Assembly: GCA_947491475.1 (NCBI GenBank)
Contig: CANLKN010000002.1
Coordinates: 6,956 to 70,955 of the forward strand
Reading direction: 5' to 3'
DNA: 64,000 bases
Source of the DNA: Akkermansiaceae bacterium
GTDB taxonomy: Bacteria; Verrucomicrobiota; Verrucomicrobiia; Verrucomicrobiales; Akkermansiaceae
This document shows, piece by piece, positions 18,160 to 29,700 of the stretch; the stretch's first letter is position 1, and the number at the start of each line of letters is the position of its first letter. The position numbers and the translations under genes were made by a program. The notes under the pieces were generated by a model. The model saw only the letters and a program-made list of their open reading frames with translations. It was not told where the DNA came from and searched no databases.

Positions 18160-19227
18160 GTGGATTACCAGTCCCTCATTGCCAAACGCCGCGATCGCTT
18201 TTCCGAACTCGAGGAAGCGGTCGGCGATCCGGATTTGTTCGCTGATCCACAGCGCGCCACAGGCATTCTGCGTGAGCACCGCAAGCTCCGACAAACTCTC
18301 GATCTCTGGGAAAAACTCGAAGACGCAAAACGCCATCTCGCCGACAACCAGGAGCTCGCGAAGACCGAGGACCCTGAATTTTCAGCCATGGCCGCCGAGG
18401 AAATTCCAGCGTTGGAGAAATCCATCGCCGTTCTTTCAGAAGACCTGCAATACGCGCTGCTGCCCGCCGACCCGAACGAAGACCGCGACGCGCTGATTGA
18501 AATCCGCGCCGGTGCCGGTGGCGACGAGGCCTCGCTCTTCGCCGCACAACTGATGCGTGCCTATCAACGCTACGCCGATCTGCGCGGATGGAAGTGCGAG
18601 CACTTGGAGAGCAGCCCGTCCGAAGTCGGCGGCTTCAAGGAGGTGATCCTTAAAATCACCGGCTGCGAGGTGTTTCGTTTTCTCAAATACGAATCCGGTG
18701 TTCACCGCGTCCAGCGCGTGCCGGCCACCGAAACCCAAGGCAGAGTCCACACCTCCACCATCACTGTGGCCGTGCTGCCGGAGGCCGAGGAAGTGGATGT
18801 GGAACTCAAACCCGACGACCTCCGCATCGAGGTCTGCCGTGCCGGCGGCGCAGGCGGCCAGCACGTCAACCGTACCGAATCCGCGGTACAGATTTTCCAC
18901 CTTCCCACCGGGCTCTACGTCCGCTGCGAGGAAGGCCGTTCGCAAATCAAAAACAAGGAACTCGCGCTACAAATCCTCCGATCAAAACTCTACGAACAAA
19001 AACTCCGGGATCAACAGGACGCCTACTCATCCCACCGTCGCGCGTTGATCGGTTCCGGCGACCGTTCGGAAAAAATACGCACTTACAATTTTCCGCAGTC
19101 GCGCATCACCGATCACCGCATCGGCCTTACTTCGCACAACCTGGCTGGCGTGATGGCCGGCGATTTTTCCGAATTCACCGCCGCGCTCCAGAAGGCCGAA
19201 ATGGCCGAGCGGCTTGCGGAGATCTGA
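18160..19227 (+). CDS. prfA: Peptide chain release factor 1
   Basis: PAT tripeptide (RVQRVPATETQGRVHTS) and GGQ motif (GAGGQHVNRTESA). There is no in-frame ATG near the N-terminus. The GTG at 18160 gives ~355 aa, matching RF1 length. Confidence 0.88.
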   Translation: MDYQSLIAKRRDRFSELEEAVGDPDLFADPQRATGILREHRKLRQTLDLWEKLEDAKRHLADNQELAKTEDPEFSAMAAEEIPALEKSIAVLSEDLQYALLPADPNEDRDALIEIRAGAGGDEASLFAAQLMRAYQRYADLRGWKCEHLESSPSEVGGFKEVILKITGCEVFRFLKYESGVHRVQRVPATETQGRVHTSTITVAVLPEAEEVDVELKPDDLRIEVCRAGGAGGQHVNRTESAVQIFHLPTGLYVRCEEGRSQIKNKELALQILRSKLYEQKLRDQQDAYSSHRRALIGSGDRSEKIRTYNFPQSRITDHRIGLTSHNLAGVMAGDFSEFTAALQKAEMAERLAEI

Positions 19228-19325
19228 ACCCGGAAATCCTGAAAAAAATGGAACTTTATTGGGTTGCAGACTTATTCGTATTTTTTATTTTAGAAATTCC
19301 TTTACAATAAGAGTCGCATCTAGGA

Positions 19326-19946
19326 ATGAAGGATAAAGAATTACCGATTGCCATGAAAACACACCATAGCACCCGTTTTTTAGGACTTCTTTGTGCTGCC
19401 GCCTTGTCGTCTTGCGCAAACAATCCCGAGCCCAACCGCTTGCCGGTTGCGGCGACCATCAACTCATCAACACCCGCCATCCACCGGCAGAACGACAAGT
19501 CGCTCAGGGGGCAATTGTTCGACGATGTGAATTCCTACCGCCGCAGCAAAGGTGCATCGGCAGTCCAGCGTCATTCAGGCCTCGACCGGCTCGCTCAAAA
19601 CCATTGCGAATACCTTCTGCGCAACCGCGGGACTTTCTCGCTTTATGGGAAAAATGTCAGCCACTACGGCTTGGAAGGGCGAGCCACGGTTGCGCGCGAG
19701 CGTTTTCAGATGTCCGCCTGTAGTGAGAACGTGGCCGCGGCGAACAATCCGGGCAGCGCGGCTTCCCCCATAATCCTCGAACTTTGGAAAAAATCCAAAG
19801 ACCACCATGAAAACATGATCGATAAGTGGACCCATAGCGGCATCGGAGTCGTCGTGGATTCCGATGGCACGGTCTTTGCGACCCAGATGTTCGCAACGAT
19901 CACTTATTCCCAAATGTCCATGCGCGAGCGGATGAATGGTTTCTGA
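19326..19946 (+). CDS. CAP/SCP (PR-1-like, YkwD-type) domain lipoprotein
   Basis: Lipobox LLCAAALSSC. SCP core YRRSKGASAVQRHSGLDRLAQNHCEYL...HHENMIDKWTHSGIGVV. An alternative start lies at 19353. Confidence 0.8.
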   Translation: MKDKELPIAMKTHHSTRFLGLLCAAALSSCANNPEPNRLPVAATINSSTPAIHRQNDKSLRGQLFDDVNSYRRSKGASAVQRHSGLDRLAQNHCEYLLRNRGTFSLYGKNVSHYGLEGRATVARERFQMSACSENVAAANNPGSAASPIILELWKKSKDHHENMIDKWTHSGIGVVVDSDGTVFATQMFATITYSQMSMRERMNGF

Positions 19947-19949
19947 AGC

Positions 19950-20573
19950 GTGCCCGATCTATCCTACGAATCCGATCTTCACGCCCGCGGCTTGCAGCGC
20001 ATTGCGGGCGTGGATGAGGCCGGCCGGGGGCCGCTCGCCGGACCGGTGGCCGCAGCAGCGGTCATCCTGCCGCGTGGTTTTTCCTGCCCTGGCTTGGACG
20101 ATTCTAAAAAACTCAGCGCCGCCAAACGCGAGGCTCTCTACGCCGATCTCACCGGAAACCCGCAGGTCGTCTGGTCGGTGGCCACGGCGGATTGCCTGGA
20201 AATCGACCGTCTCAACATCCTTCGAGCCACCCACTTGGCGATGCGCCGGGCGGTTGAGATGCTCGTTCCGCCGCCGGATCATTGCCTGATCGATGGCCTG
20301 CCGGTGCGCGGTTTTCCGCTGCCTTACGACGCCATCGTCAAGGGCGACGGTCTCTCGCTCTCGATCGCCGCCGCGAGCATCATCGCCAAGGTCACCCGCG
20401 ATCGTATCATGCGCGGGCTCGACCGCGAGTTTCCGCAATTCGGCTTTGCCCGGCATCAGGGATATGGCACCAAGGAGCATCTTGAAGCGCTTCGGATACA
20501 CGGCCCTTGTCGCCATCATCGTCGCTCGTTTCAGCCGGTGGCTCAACTCGCCCTGCCGCTTGACGGAGCCTGA
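19950..20573 (+). CDS. rnhB: Ribonuclease HII
   Basis: IAGVDEAGRGPLAGPV and DSKKLS motifs; length about 207 aa. Confidence 0.92.
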   Translation: MPDLSYESDLHARGLQRIAGVDEAGRGPLAGPVAAAAVILPRGFSCPGLDDSKKLSAAKREALYADLTGNPQVVWSVATADCLEIDRLNILRATHLAMRRAVEMLVPPPDHCLIDGLPVRGFPLPYDAIVKGDGLSLSIAAASIIAKVTRDRIMRGLDREFPQFGFARHQGYGTKEHLEALRIHGPCRHHRRSFQPVAQLALPLDGA

Positions 20574-20940
20574 CGGCACGCCACGCAGCCGAAAATGGAT
20601 CGGCGAATACGGCGAAAAGACCGCCGCCGATTTTCTCCGCGCGCATGGCTGCCGGATTCTCGCCCGGAACTTCAAGGGTCGGCGCGGCGGCGAGGTGGAC
20701 ATTATCGCCCGCGATGGAAAACTCCTGCTCTTTGTGGAAGTGAAAACCCGCCGCAAGGACGCGAAAATCCGCCCGCTCGATGCGGTGGACAAACCAAAGC
20801 AGGCGCTCATCGAGCGCGGCGCCAACGCCTGGCTCAAGCGCCTCGGCACCCGCGAGCTGCCATGGCGATTCGATGTGATCGAAGTCTGGCTGGAAGAGGG
20901 CGAAACGCCGCGCATCAACCACGTGCGGGATGCGTTCTGA
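20560..20940 (+). CDS. yraN: YraN family endonuclease-like protein (UPF0102)
   Basis: GEYGEKTAADFLRAHGCRILARNFKGRRGGEVDIIARDGKLLLFVEVKTR. The TTG at 20560 gives ~126 aa and overlaps the rnhB stop. The ATG at 20464 would overlap rnhB by 110 nt. Confidence 0.82.
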   Translation: MTEPDGTPRSRKWIGEYGEKTAADFLRAHGCRILARNFKGRRGGEVDIIARDGKLLLFVEVKTRRKDAKIRPLDAVDKPKQALIERGANAWLKRLGTRELPWRFDVIEVWLEEGETPRINHVRDAF

Positions 20941-20945
20941 AAAAT

Positions 20946-22211
20946 TCACGCCATCGCCTTGCGGACTTCATCGGCGATGATGCTCAGGCCGTCGCGCACG
21001 ACCGACTCGTCCATCGCATAGGAAACGCGGATGCATTCCTCGCGGTGTTTCCACTCCGGATCATCGAGGCCGTAGAAGAAGTATCCGCCCGGGATCACCA
21101 GCACGCCGCGTTGCTTGAGACGCTGGTATAAGTCCTTGGAGCTAATTCGGAGCCCCGGGAACCAGAACCACAGGAAAATGGCACCCTCGCTGCGGTGCAC
21201 CGCCCACTCGATCCCGTCGCCAATTGCTTCGGTAGCAGCCTTGAGCGCGAGGTCGCGCTTTTCCTGATAGAACGGCCGCACCACTTCGCGGCTGAGGCGC
21301 AGGATTTCTCCGGACTCGACCAGCGGCAGCATGATTTGCTGGCCGATGTTTGGATTGGAAAGACCGACGATCGCGCTCATCGAGCCGAGCGCACGGATAA
21401 TTTCCGGCGGACCGATCACAATGCCGGTGCGCGCGCCGGGAAGGCCGATTTTCGAGAGGCTGTAAGTGAGCACGCAGTGCGGCCGCCAGAATGGCGTGGC
21501 ATCTTCGAAGATAATACCGGGAAAAGGCGCACCGTAGGCGTTGTCGATGATCAACGGGATGCCGTGGCGCTCGGCGAGATCGGACAAACGCGCGATCTCC
21601 TCGTCGGTAAGCACATTGCCGGAGGGATTGGTCGGCCGTGAGGCGCAGATCGCGGCGACGTCCGGTGTGATTTCCAAACGCTCGAAATCCACGTGGTATT
21701 TGAATTCATGCGGCCCGGTTTTTTCGATCAGCGGCGGGATGGCATGGAACATGCAGCCGTCGATGCCCTGATCCGAGTAGCCGATGTATTCCGGCACCAG
21801 CGGCAGCAGGATTTTCCTGCGCGAACCATCCGGCATGCGTCCGGCGAGCAGGTTGAAGAGCAGGAAAAACGCGGTTTGTCCGCCGCTGGTGACGGCGATG
21901 TTTTCCGGGCCGATTTCCCAGCCGAAGGTGTTGCGGAAAAGCCGGGCAATGGCTTCCAGAAAGCGCGGATTTCCCTGCGGCGGATCGTAAATCGTCAACG
22001 CACGGTCCAACCCGCCGGCTTCCTCCAACATCTCGTCGAGCCGCCGCTGCCAGACGGCATTCATCCCGGGAATGCGCGCCGGTTGGCCGCCTCCCAGCAT
22101 CTTGAGGTCCGGTCCGCCGCTGGCCAGGGCGTGGCCGAGATCGTCCATCAATTCGCCGATTCCACTGCCGCCGCCAAGGTGTTGACCAAATTTTGAAAAT
22201 TCGTATGACAT
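20946..22211 (-). CDS. avtA: Valine--pyruvate aminotransferase-like class I aminotransferase
   Basis: AvtA-like N-terminus MSYEFSKFGQHLGGGSGIGELMDDLG...MLGGGQPARIPGM. PLP lysine context YSLSKIGLPGARTG. Confidence 0.8.
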   Translation of the reverse strand: MSYEFSKFGQHLGGGSGIGELMDDLGHALASGGPDLKMLGGGQPARIPGMNAVWQRRLDEMLEEAGGLDRALTIYDPPQGNPRFLEAIARLFRNTFGWEIGPENIAVTSGGQTAFFLLFNLLAGRMPDGSRRKILLPLVPEYIGYSDQGIDGCMFHAIPPLIEKTGPHEFKYHVDFERLEITPDVAAICASRPTNPSGNVLTDEEIARLSDLAERHGIPLIIDNAYGAPFPGIIFEDATPFWRPHCVLTYSLSKIGLPGARTGIVIGPPEIIRALGSMSAIVGLSNPNIGQQIMLPLVESGEILRLSREVVRPFYQEKRDLALKAATEAIGDGIEWAVHRSEGAIFLWFWFPGLRISSKDLYQRLKQRGVLVIPGGYFFYGLDDPEWKHREECIRVSYAMDESVVRDGLSIIADEVRKAMA

Positions 22212-22268
22212 CGCCGGATGCCGTGTTCTAGTCTGCCGCCCCCCGAACCAACAACCTCATAAACCACC

Positions 22269-22760
22269 ATGTCCATCAAAGTAGGCGATAAAGCCCCAGA
22301 CTTCACCCTCGTCACCAAATCCGCCGAGGGCCCGCAGCTCGTAAAACTGAGCGACCTCATCGGAAAATCCAACATCGTGCTGCTGTTCGTGCCGATGGCA
22401 TTCACCGGGGTCTGCACCACCGAGTTCTGCGAAATTTCCGCCGGCATCAAGGATTACGAAGACCTCGATGCCAAAGTGCTCGGCATTTCCGGCGACAACC
22501 CGTTCGCCCAAGCCGCATGGGCTGAAAAGGAAGGCATCACCATTCCGCTGCTCAGCGACTACGAACACGCGGTGGCCAAGGCCTACGGCGTGGCTTACGA
22601 GCAGTTCCTGCCCGAGGCCAACCTCATCATGGGCGGCGTGGCCAAACGCTCCGCCTTCGTCATCGATAAAAACGGCGTCGTGCAATACGCCGAAGTTCAG
22701 GATCATCCGAAGGATCTGCCGGACTTCAACGCCGTGAAGGCAACACTGGGTGCGCTGTAA
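22269..22760 (+). CDS. Peroxiredoxin (AhpE/redoxin-like)
   Basis: GDKAPDFTL...VLLFVPMAFTGVCTTEFC carries the peroxidatic Cys motif. Confidence 0.88.
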   Translation: MSIKVGDKAPDFTLVTKSAEGPQLVKLSDLIGKSNIVLLFVPMAFTGVCTTEFCEISAGIKDYEDLDAKVLGISGDNPFAQAAWAEKEGITIPLLSDYEHAVAKAYGVAYEQFLPEANLIMGGVAKRSAFVIDKNGVVQYAEVQDHPKDLPDFNAVKATLGAL

Positions 22761-22810
22761 ACCATTGCCTTAAGGATTGTTGCCGAACATCGGTGGATTC
22801 AAATCCACCG

Positions 22811-24464
22811 ATGTTCCACATCCCATCCATCCCGGCCTTGAAAACCCTGCTCACGCTTCTCGCATTGCTGCTCACGGCAGCGAGCCCCTTGCATGCAGCC
22901 GCGCTTCGCCTGGCCAATCTGTTCACGGATCACACGGTGCTGCAACGCGGCCTCCCCGCGCCGGTCTGGGGCCGGGCGGATCCGGGTGAGGCGATCCGCG
23001 TTGAGTTCGCCGGACAAACAAAATCCACCACCGCGGATGCGGAGGGCCGCTGGCTCGTCCGGCTGGATGCGATGCCCGCCAGTGCGGAGGGCCGCACGCT
23101 GACGATCCGCTCCGTGGCTCCGGATCGGAAATCTATCATTAGTGATGTGCTCGTCGGCGATGTCTGGCTGTGCACCGGCCAATCGAACATGGGCATTCCG
23201 ATGAACGTGCCGGGCAACGAAATCCTCCAGCGCGCGATCCGCGTTGCGGGCAACCCGATGCTCCGGCTCTATCAGACCGTGCATCAGTTTCCCGAAAAAC
23301 CCGCCGCCGAAACCGATGGCTCATGGCGCTTGGCGGAACCCGGCAGCGTGCGTGATTTCATCGCCATTGGATATATTTTCGGCAACCGCATCCAACGCGA
23401 AACGGGCGTGCCCGTGGGCATCATCAGCGCGGCGATGGGTGGCACCTGGATTGAAAACTGGATTCCGCGCGAGGTGCTCGATGCGAATCCGCTGAACCGG
23501 CCATTTATCGAGAGATATGAAGCAACCCTGCCAAAGCTGCCTGAGTTGATAGCGAAGTATGAAGCGGAACTCGCCGACTTCCAGAAGCGCTTTCCCACTC
23601 CGCGCGACCTCGAGGAGAAAAACGAGGCGCGCAAGGCACGCAACGAAGGCCCGCTGGCCGCGCCGCGCGCGCCGGTGGGCCCCGGCCATCACAATGTGCC
23701 GTCCGCCTGTTTCAACGGCAAGATCGCGCCTCTCGCACCGCTGGCGATCAAGGGCGTGCTCTGGTATCAGGGCGAGGGCAATGTCTGGGGCTTCGATGCC
23801 TACCCCAGCCAGATGGCCGATCTGATGCGCTCATGGCGCGCGCTCTTTGAGCAACCCGCACTGCCGTTCATCATGACCGAGCTCGCACCGTTCGGTGAGC
23901 CATCAGCAACACCGCAGGACAGCCCGCGGGCGCTTCGGCGAGGCGCTGGCCAAGACCGCGAAAGCGGACGATCATGCGTGGGTCATTACCATCATCGATG
24001 GCGGCGACCCTCTCGACATCCATCCGCCGAAAAAGGAAATCCCGGGTGAACGCTTCGCCGCCATGGCGCTGCGCAAAGTATATGATATCTCTGGCATCGC
24101 GCACGGACCGGTGCTCGATTCCTGGAAGGCTCAAGCAGGCAAGGCCATCCTCAAGTTCACTTCGGTCGGCAGCGGGCTGTTGGTGAAGGATGTCGATGCA
24201 GGCGGTCACGCGGTGAAAGCCGATCGCTTGCAGGGATTCGAGCTCGCGGGAGAAGACCGCCGGTTTTACCGGGCCACGGCGGAGTTGCAGGGAGATGACA
24301 CCGTGGTGCTGAGCGCTGCGGAAGTGCCACAGCCGCTTGCCGTGCGTTATGCATGGGCCGCCTTCCCGCTTTGCAATCTCTTCAATCAAGAGGGCTTCGC
24401 CGCCTATCCCTTCCGCACCGACGACTGGCCGTTTCCCACACCTGCTGAAGTCGGGGCTAGGTGA
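22811..24464 (+). pseudogene. Sialate O-acetylesterase-family (SASA) carbohydrate esterase, one frameshift
   Basis: Signal peptide, then GDVWLCTGQSNMG and WYQGEGN motifs in ORF 22793..24049. The sense continues in ORF 23895..24464 (FGEALAKTAKADDHAWVITIIDGGDPLDIHPPKKEIPGERFA). The frame change lies at about 23915-23935. Confidence 0.75.
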
Positions 24465-24477
24465 GTTATGCCCTTGT

Positions 24478-26627
24478 TCACTGGCTGGAGCCTGTGGGTT
24501 CGGCCCTCCCTGCTGCGGCGACTTGCTCCGGGGCAACCTGTTCCAAGCCGATCTCCGCAGCCGGTGGCAGGGTCCCATCGATGGCGTGCTTTGCAGCCGC
24601 GTTCTCCAGGGACTTCGCCATTTCGCGATACAGGTCGCGGTGCTTGAGGTATAACATGCTGCTTTGGGCCAGCCCGGCATCCTTCAAGCGCGGTGCCCAT
24701 AGCCCGCGCATGGTTTCGTCCAGAATTTCGAGATCGACGGCGAGCGCTTCCAGCAGGGCGCGCGCATCCTGGAGCGCTGCGTTCACCATGACCGGATGGT
24801 TCCTGAGAGCGAGGGCCTGCTGGTAGGAGTCGCGGGCGGATTGCATGTAAAGCAGGCGGCGCGCGAGATAATGCCGCTTGCGTGAGGCATACTCCAAGAC
24901 CGGCAGAACCTCGCGGTTGGCTTCTGCCGAGACGGACCGCGCGGCCAGCAAGCGGTCGGCCTGATCGGTCACAGCCAGAATCCGGTTGGCGGCGCGGGCA
25001 AGCTGATCGCGTGAAAACATGTGAAAGCCCCGCTGCCCGAGAAACACCCTGTCGATCTCCATCGCGTAATCCTGCGTCTGTGGATTTTCATGAAAGAAAT
25101 CCCTGCTGCGCATCCAGACGGCTTCGGGCCATTCGCGGCGCAGGATTTCATTCGGCTCGCCCAGCAAACGGAAAACCTTGCCCAGATCCGCCCCTTCCGC
25201 GCGGAAGAAAACCTTCGCGAAACGCGCATCGAAAACCTCCGCCTGCCGCAGCGAAGCATCGCCCGACCATGCCGCGTCGGCACCATAGGCTAAACCATGC
25301 CAGCCGATGTCGATAAAACCCTGATAGGGAAATTCCCAGTTGGTGTTGAGGAAGCCGATCGCACCGTGCTTCTTGCCTGCGGCGGTGAACAGCTCGATGT
25401 TCCTGGTGATCGACTCCGTATCGACGAACTCCCAATCATGGCAGACGGTGGTCGGACAAATGAAGACATCGAGGCCCTGCTTGCGGAACCACTCCACGCT
25501 CGGGTAGCCGTCGGTCTGCGGTGTGTAGTGCCAATCGTAGATGATGACATCCCTGGGGATCTTGCCCTCCACATCCTGCTTGTGTTTGAGCAGCATGTCG
25601 CCCCAGCACCGAGGCGCTTGCCTTCGGGCAGTAGTTTTTGCAGCCGCTTGATATGTTCGACAAGCACGCCGCCAACACCGATTTGCGCGGCTTGATCCTT
25701 GGTTGCGCCCAAGCCCAAATCATCAGCTTCGTCACAACCGGCGTGGAAAAATTTCGATGGAGCCACGGCAAACCAATCGGCATACATGTCGCCGAGAAGT
25801 TCATAAGTCTGCGGGTGGGCCGGGCTCAGCGTCCACAGGAAATGACAGCCGGGGATCGGCTCCTGCGATTCGGCGAGATGAGTGTATTGCGGCAGGCGCA
25901 ACAAGTCCGGCTGATGGCCGAGCGATTGTTGAATGGGCACGATATCGACATGATAGCGCTTGCCGAAGGCCACGAGCTCCCTCACGTCGTCCGGTGAAAG
26001 GCTGTAGTCGGGAGAAATCCCAGGATGCTTCGAATATTGGAAAGCGTTTTCCACATAGAGATAGAATTGATTGTATTTGAAGTCCGCCAAGCCGCGGATG
26101 AAACGCTTGAGCGCCGCCGTTTGCATGATCTGGCTGCGCGTGTCGTGCTGAGAGGCGCGATAACGGATGTCAGGCCAGTCGGTGATGACAAGGGCCGGAA
26201 TCCGGCCGGGCGCGCGCTGGTTGTCGATGATCTGAAGCAAAGTGCGCGTGCCGTAAAACACGGCTTCCGCGTCCACGCCTTCGATGCGAATGCCATCGGC
26301 CCCGGCAGTCAGTCGATAGGCTTGGCCGGCGGCCGCGGGCGCGCCGTCGATGGTGGGCGTGAGCGCCAGCGCAATTTTGAGCCGCTCCTCGGATTTAAGG
26401 TGGGCAAGGCGGGGGGTAAGGTCTTCGGTGAGCACGTCCGCTTCGTTTTTCAAAACCGGGTCCTCGATCGCGATGTCGAGCACCGAACCCAGCTGACAAT
26501 CCCCTGCGGCGGGCTGGATCGTTTTCGGTTGGGGAAGGAGTTTCAGATCCGGTTCTGCCGCAGCGTGTATGGCCGGGCTGGTGAGCAGGAACAGCAATCC
26601 AAGCGCTTTTTTCAATGTCTCTGTCAT
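24478..26627 (-). pseudogene. GH20-like glycoside hydrolase (beta-N-acetylhexosaminidase-like), one frameshift
   Basis: ORF 25290..26798 has a signal peptide from the ATG at 26627, ITDWPDIRYR, and HAGCDEADDLG (compare GH20 HxGGDE). The sense continues in ORF 24478..25596. The expected (M)WGDMLLKHK is restored by a 1-nt shift at about 25598-25612 (GGGG run). Confidence 0.7.
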
Positions 26628-26789
26628 GTCATTTAGGGTGAAGCCGCAAGGCTCGTGGAGATACGCTTGGATTCGACATTCTTTTTCACAGGTTCCCGCC
26701 GAGCTGGGGCTCAGCGTTCCCAGCCCGGGTTGCTCGGGTGAAATCGGGCGATAGAAAGGCCAGCTTTCAGGCGTATGGTCCTGCGGCTC

Positions 26790-29700
26790 ATGAACCACCT
26801 TATCATCCGCTTTTTACCGCTGCTCGCCGCATTTTCGGCGGTGTCGCTGCTCCATGCCGATGATTTCAACCGAACGAATGTCGGCTACACCAATGATGGC
26901 GGAAAAATCGGCTGGTATTGGCAGGCCAGCGGCGCCGGCCACTGGTCGATCAAGGACCACCAGCTCTACGTGAACAATGCGGACCCCTCGCTCCAACAGG
27001 ACGACCAGACGCTTTACCACACCCGAGTTTCCCTGCAACCGGGCGACTGGAGCGCGTCCGTCGATGTGCGCAACGAAACCACCAACGGCTACGTGGGAAT
27101 GGCCTTCATGGTCCAGCCCGGCGGAACCAGTTTCTATCAGATCCGGCTGCGCTCCGGCAGCCGCCAGGTGCAGGTGCTCAAGAACAGCCCGGGCGGAGCC
27201 GTGGTGATCGATTCCAACGATGAGAGCTCGTCGGAAATTTTCTACACTACCAGTTTCTATACCATCAGTGTCACGTCCACGAGTGCCCATCAGTTCAACT
27301 GGAACATTGCCAATAGCTCGGGCAGTCAGGTGGCAGCCGGGCAATTCACTGATACAAGTTATACCAGCGGCCATGCCGGCGTCGTCAAGAATGCCGGGGA
27401 CGGAAACGTTGATATCGCACGCTTCGATAACTTTTACGTGAGTGAAATCACCGTGCCGCCGATCACGCAGCCGCACCCACGCCTGCTGGTCACAGCGGCG
27501 GACATCAGCGAGATCAAGGCTGACATCGCTGCCAGAGCGGTGCCGCGTTATTCCACATGGTTACAATTGAGAAACCGTGCGAATGCATGGAGCCTGGATC
27601 CCCCATCCGTCACCGCACCCTACACAGGGGAGGATGCCATGGTGTTCAATGGCGCGGCGAAGGGATCCGGCCACCGGTCCTCGAAAATGGCGCTGGCCTA
27701 TCTGCTCGACGGAAATCCCGCCCACGCCGCCAAAGCCAAGGAGATCCTGCTGGAATGGGCGCGGGCGACACCACGTCCGGGCACCCATTTTCCACCGGTG
27801 AACTCCACCAATTTTGGAGCCGGCATGCTGGTCGCTCGTGGGATCAATGGCTTCGTTTTCACCTATGATTATCTCTACAATGAATTCACTCCATCCGAGC
27901 GGGACGTCATCGAAAGCTGGTTCCGTGACATGCTGCCGATCATCCGCCGCTCCATCGAAACGTGGAACACGCCATTCATAAAGTCCGCGACCGATCCACG
28001 CGGCTATGTCGAGAGCTCCAATCTCGACGACATCTATTTCAGCGGCCAGCTCTATCAAAACCAGTCGGTGGCGCACACCACGGGCTACCTGCTCATCGGC
28101 TACGCGCTGGGCGACAGGGAGCTGGTCCAGTTTGCTTTGGACAGCAAGGAAAACCCACGCTCCTACCTGAACTTGTTCGAAGGCAACATCCTGATGGCCG
28201 GAGAATCCCCACCGGATGTCAATACGGTCGGTAATCCACCGGCTCAGGATGGCGAAATCTACGATCGCTACCGGCACGTCCAAGGCACCGGCCTGGGCTA
28301 TGCGGCACTCTCACTCCACCAGATGATGGCCATGAGCGAAGTATTATATATTAACGGAATCGATGTCTATTCGCGCACCGGAGCCCATGGTGAGACCTTG
28401 CGGAAGCCTTTTCAATTCTACGCGGATTTCTACCGCCTTGGAGACTCGTCCATCAAGGGCGGGTTCTACACCGGTGAGACCGTCACCGCAGGCAGCTTTC
28501 CTGCGGCGGTGTTCGAAGTCGCCAACAAACGCTATCCGGGAACTCCGGAAATCACCCTGCTTTTGAATTCCATCGACCGCGTCGCCGCCGATCCCGGTGG
28601 CTTTGTGGAAACCTACTTTTGCTACCCCACACTCACCCACGGCGTGGCGCACCCATCATGGACCGGCGCGCTCGGTTCCAACTTCGAAACCGCAGGAAAC
28701 TGGAACTCCGCCATTCCGGTCGACGACGCGGTTTCGCAGGTCGCTTTCTTCGATGGCACCCCGCAGAACATGCCGCAGTTGACCCGCCACCGCTCGCTTG
28801 CCGGCATGCATTTGCGCGGAGGAAACACGACCCTCAGCGCATCCGCCGGACAGGTCCTGACACTCGGTGCCCTGGGCATCGGCAATGGCGCGGCAGGCAC
28901 CGCGACTCACACCATCTCCGCCGCGCTGCACCTCGCCGCGCCCCAAAGCTGGAACGTGCCCTCCGGCAAGACTCTCACTGTTTCGGGGAACATCACCGGA
29001 ACCACGGGTCTCACAAAATCCGGAGTTGGCCGCCTCACCCTTTCCGGCGTGAACACTTACACCGGTGAAACGAACATCCGCGAGGGAGTTGTCACCATAT
29101 CAAACGCCGGTGCCCTCGGCGCGAGCGGCCCCGGCAATGGCACCATCGTTCACCCCGGCGCGAGAGTTGAGCTCAGATCCGCCAGCCCCGGCTATGCGGA
29201 GGCTTTCACTATTCATAACACCAGTAGCTTGGGTGCGATGCAATTCGTCAACAGCAACGTTCTCGTGAGCGGCAACATCACACTGGCGGACCATTCGAGA
29301 ATCACCGGCCGCTTCAATCGAATGACGGGCGCCATCAACCTCGGGGCTTATACCCTCACCGTCGCAAAAAATGCAGGCGATCCGGAAACCTGGAGCGCGG
29401 TGATCTCCGGCAGCGGCGGACTGACCATGGCCGGAGGCAACGCAACCACCAAACTCACCCTCACCGGCGCGAATACCTACACCGGAGACACCACGGTCAC
29501 CAGCGGCATCCTCGCCGTCAACGGATCCTCCATCGCCAACGGCAACAAACTCATCATCAACGGCGGCAAGGTCGAGGCGACCGGCACCGAGGTCGTGGGC
29601 TCGCTGGTTTTCGGCACGATCCAACAAATCCCCGGCAGTTATGGCTCCACCGCCTCCTCCGCCACTTACAAGGATGACACCCGCTTCGCCGGCAACGGAG

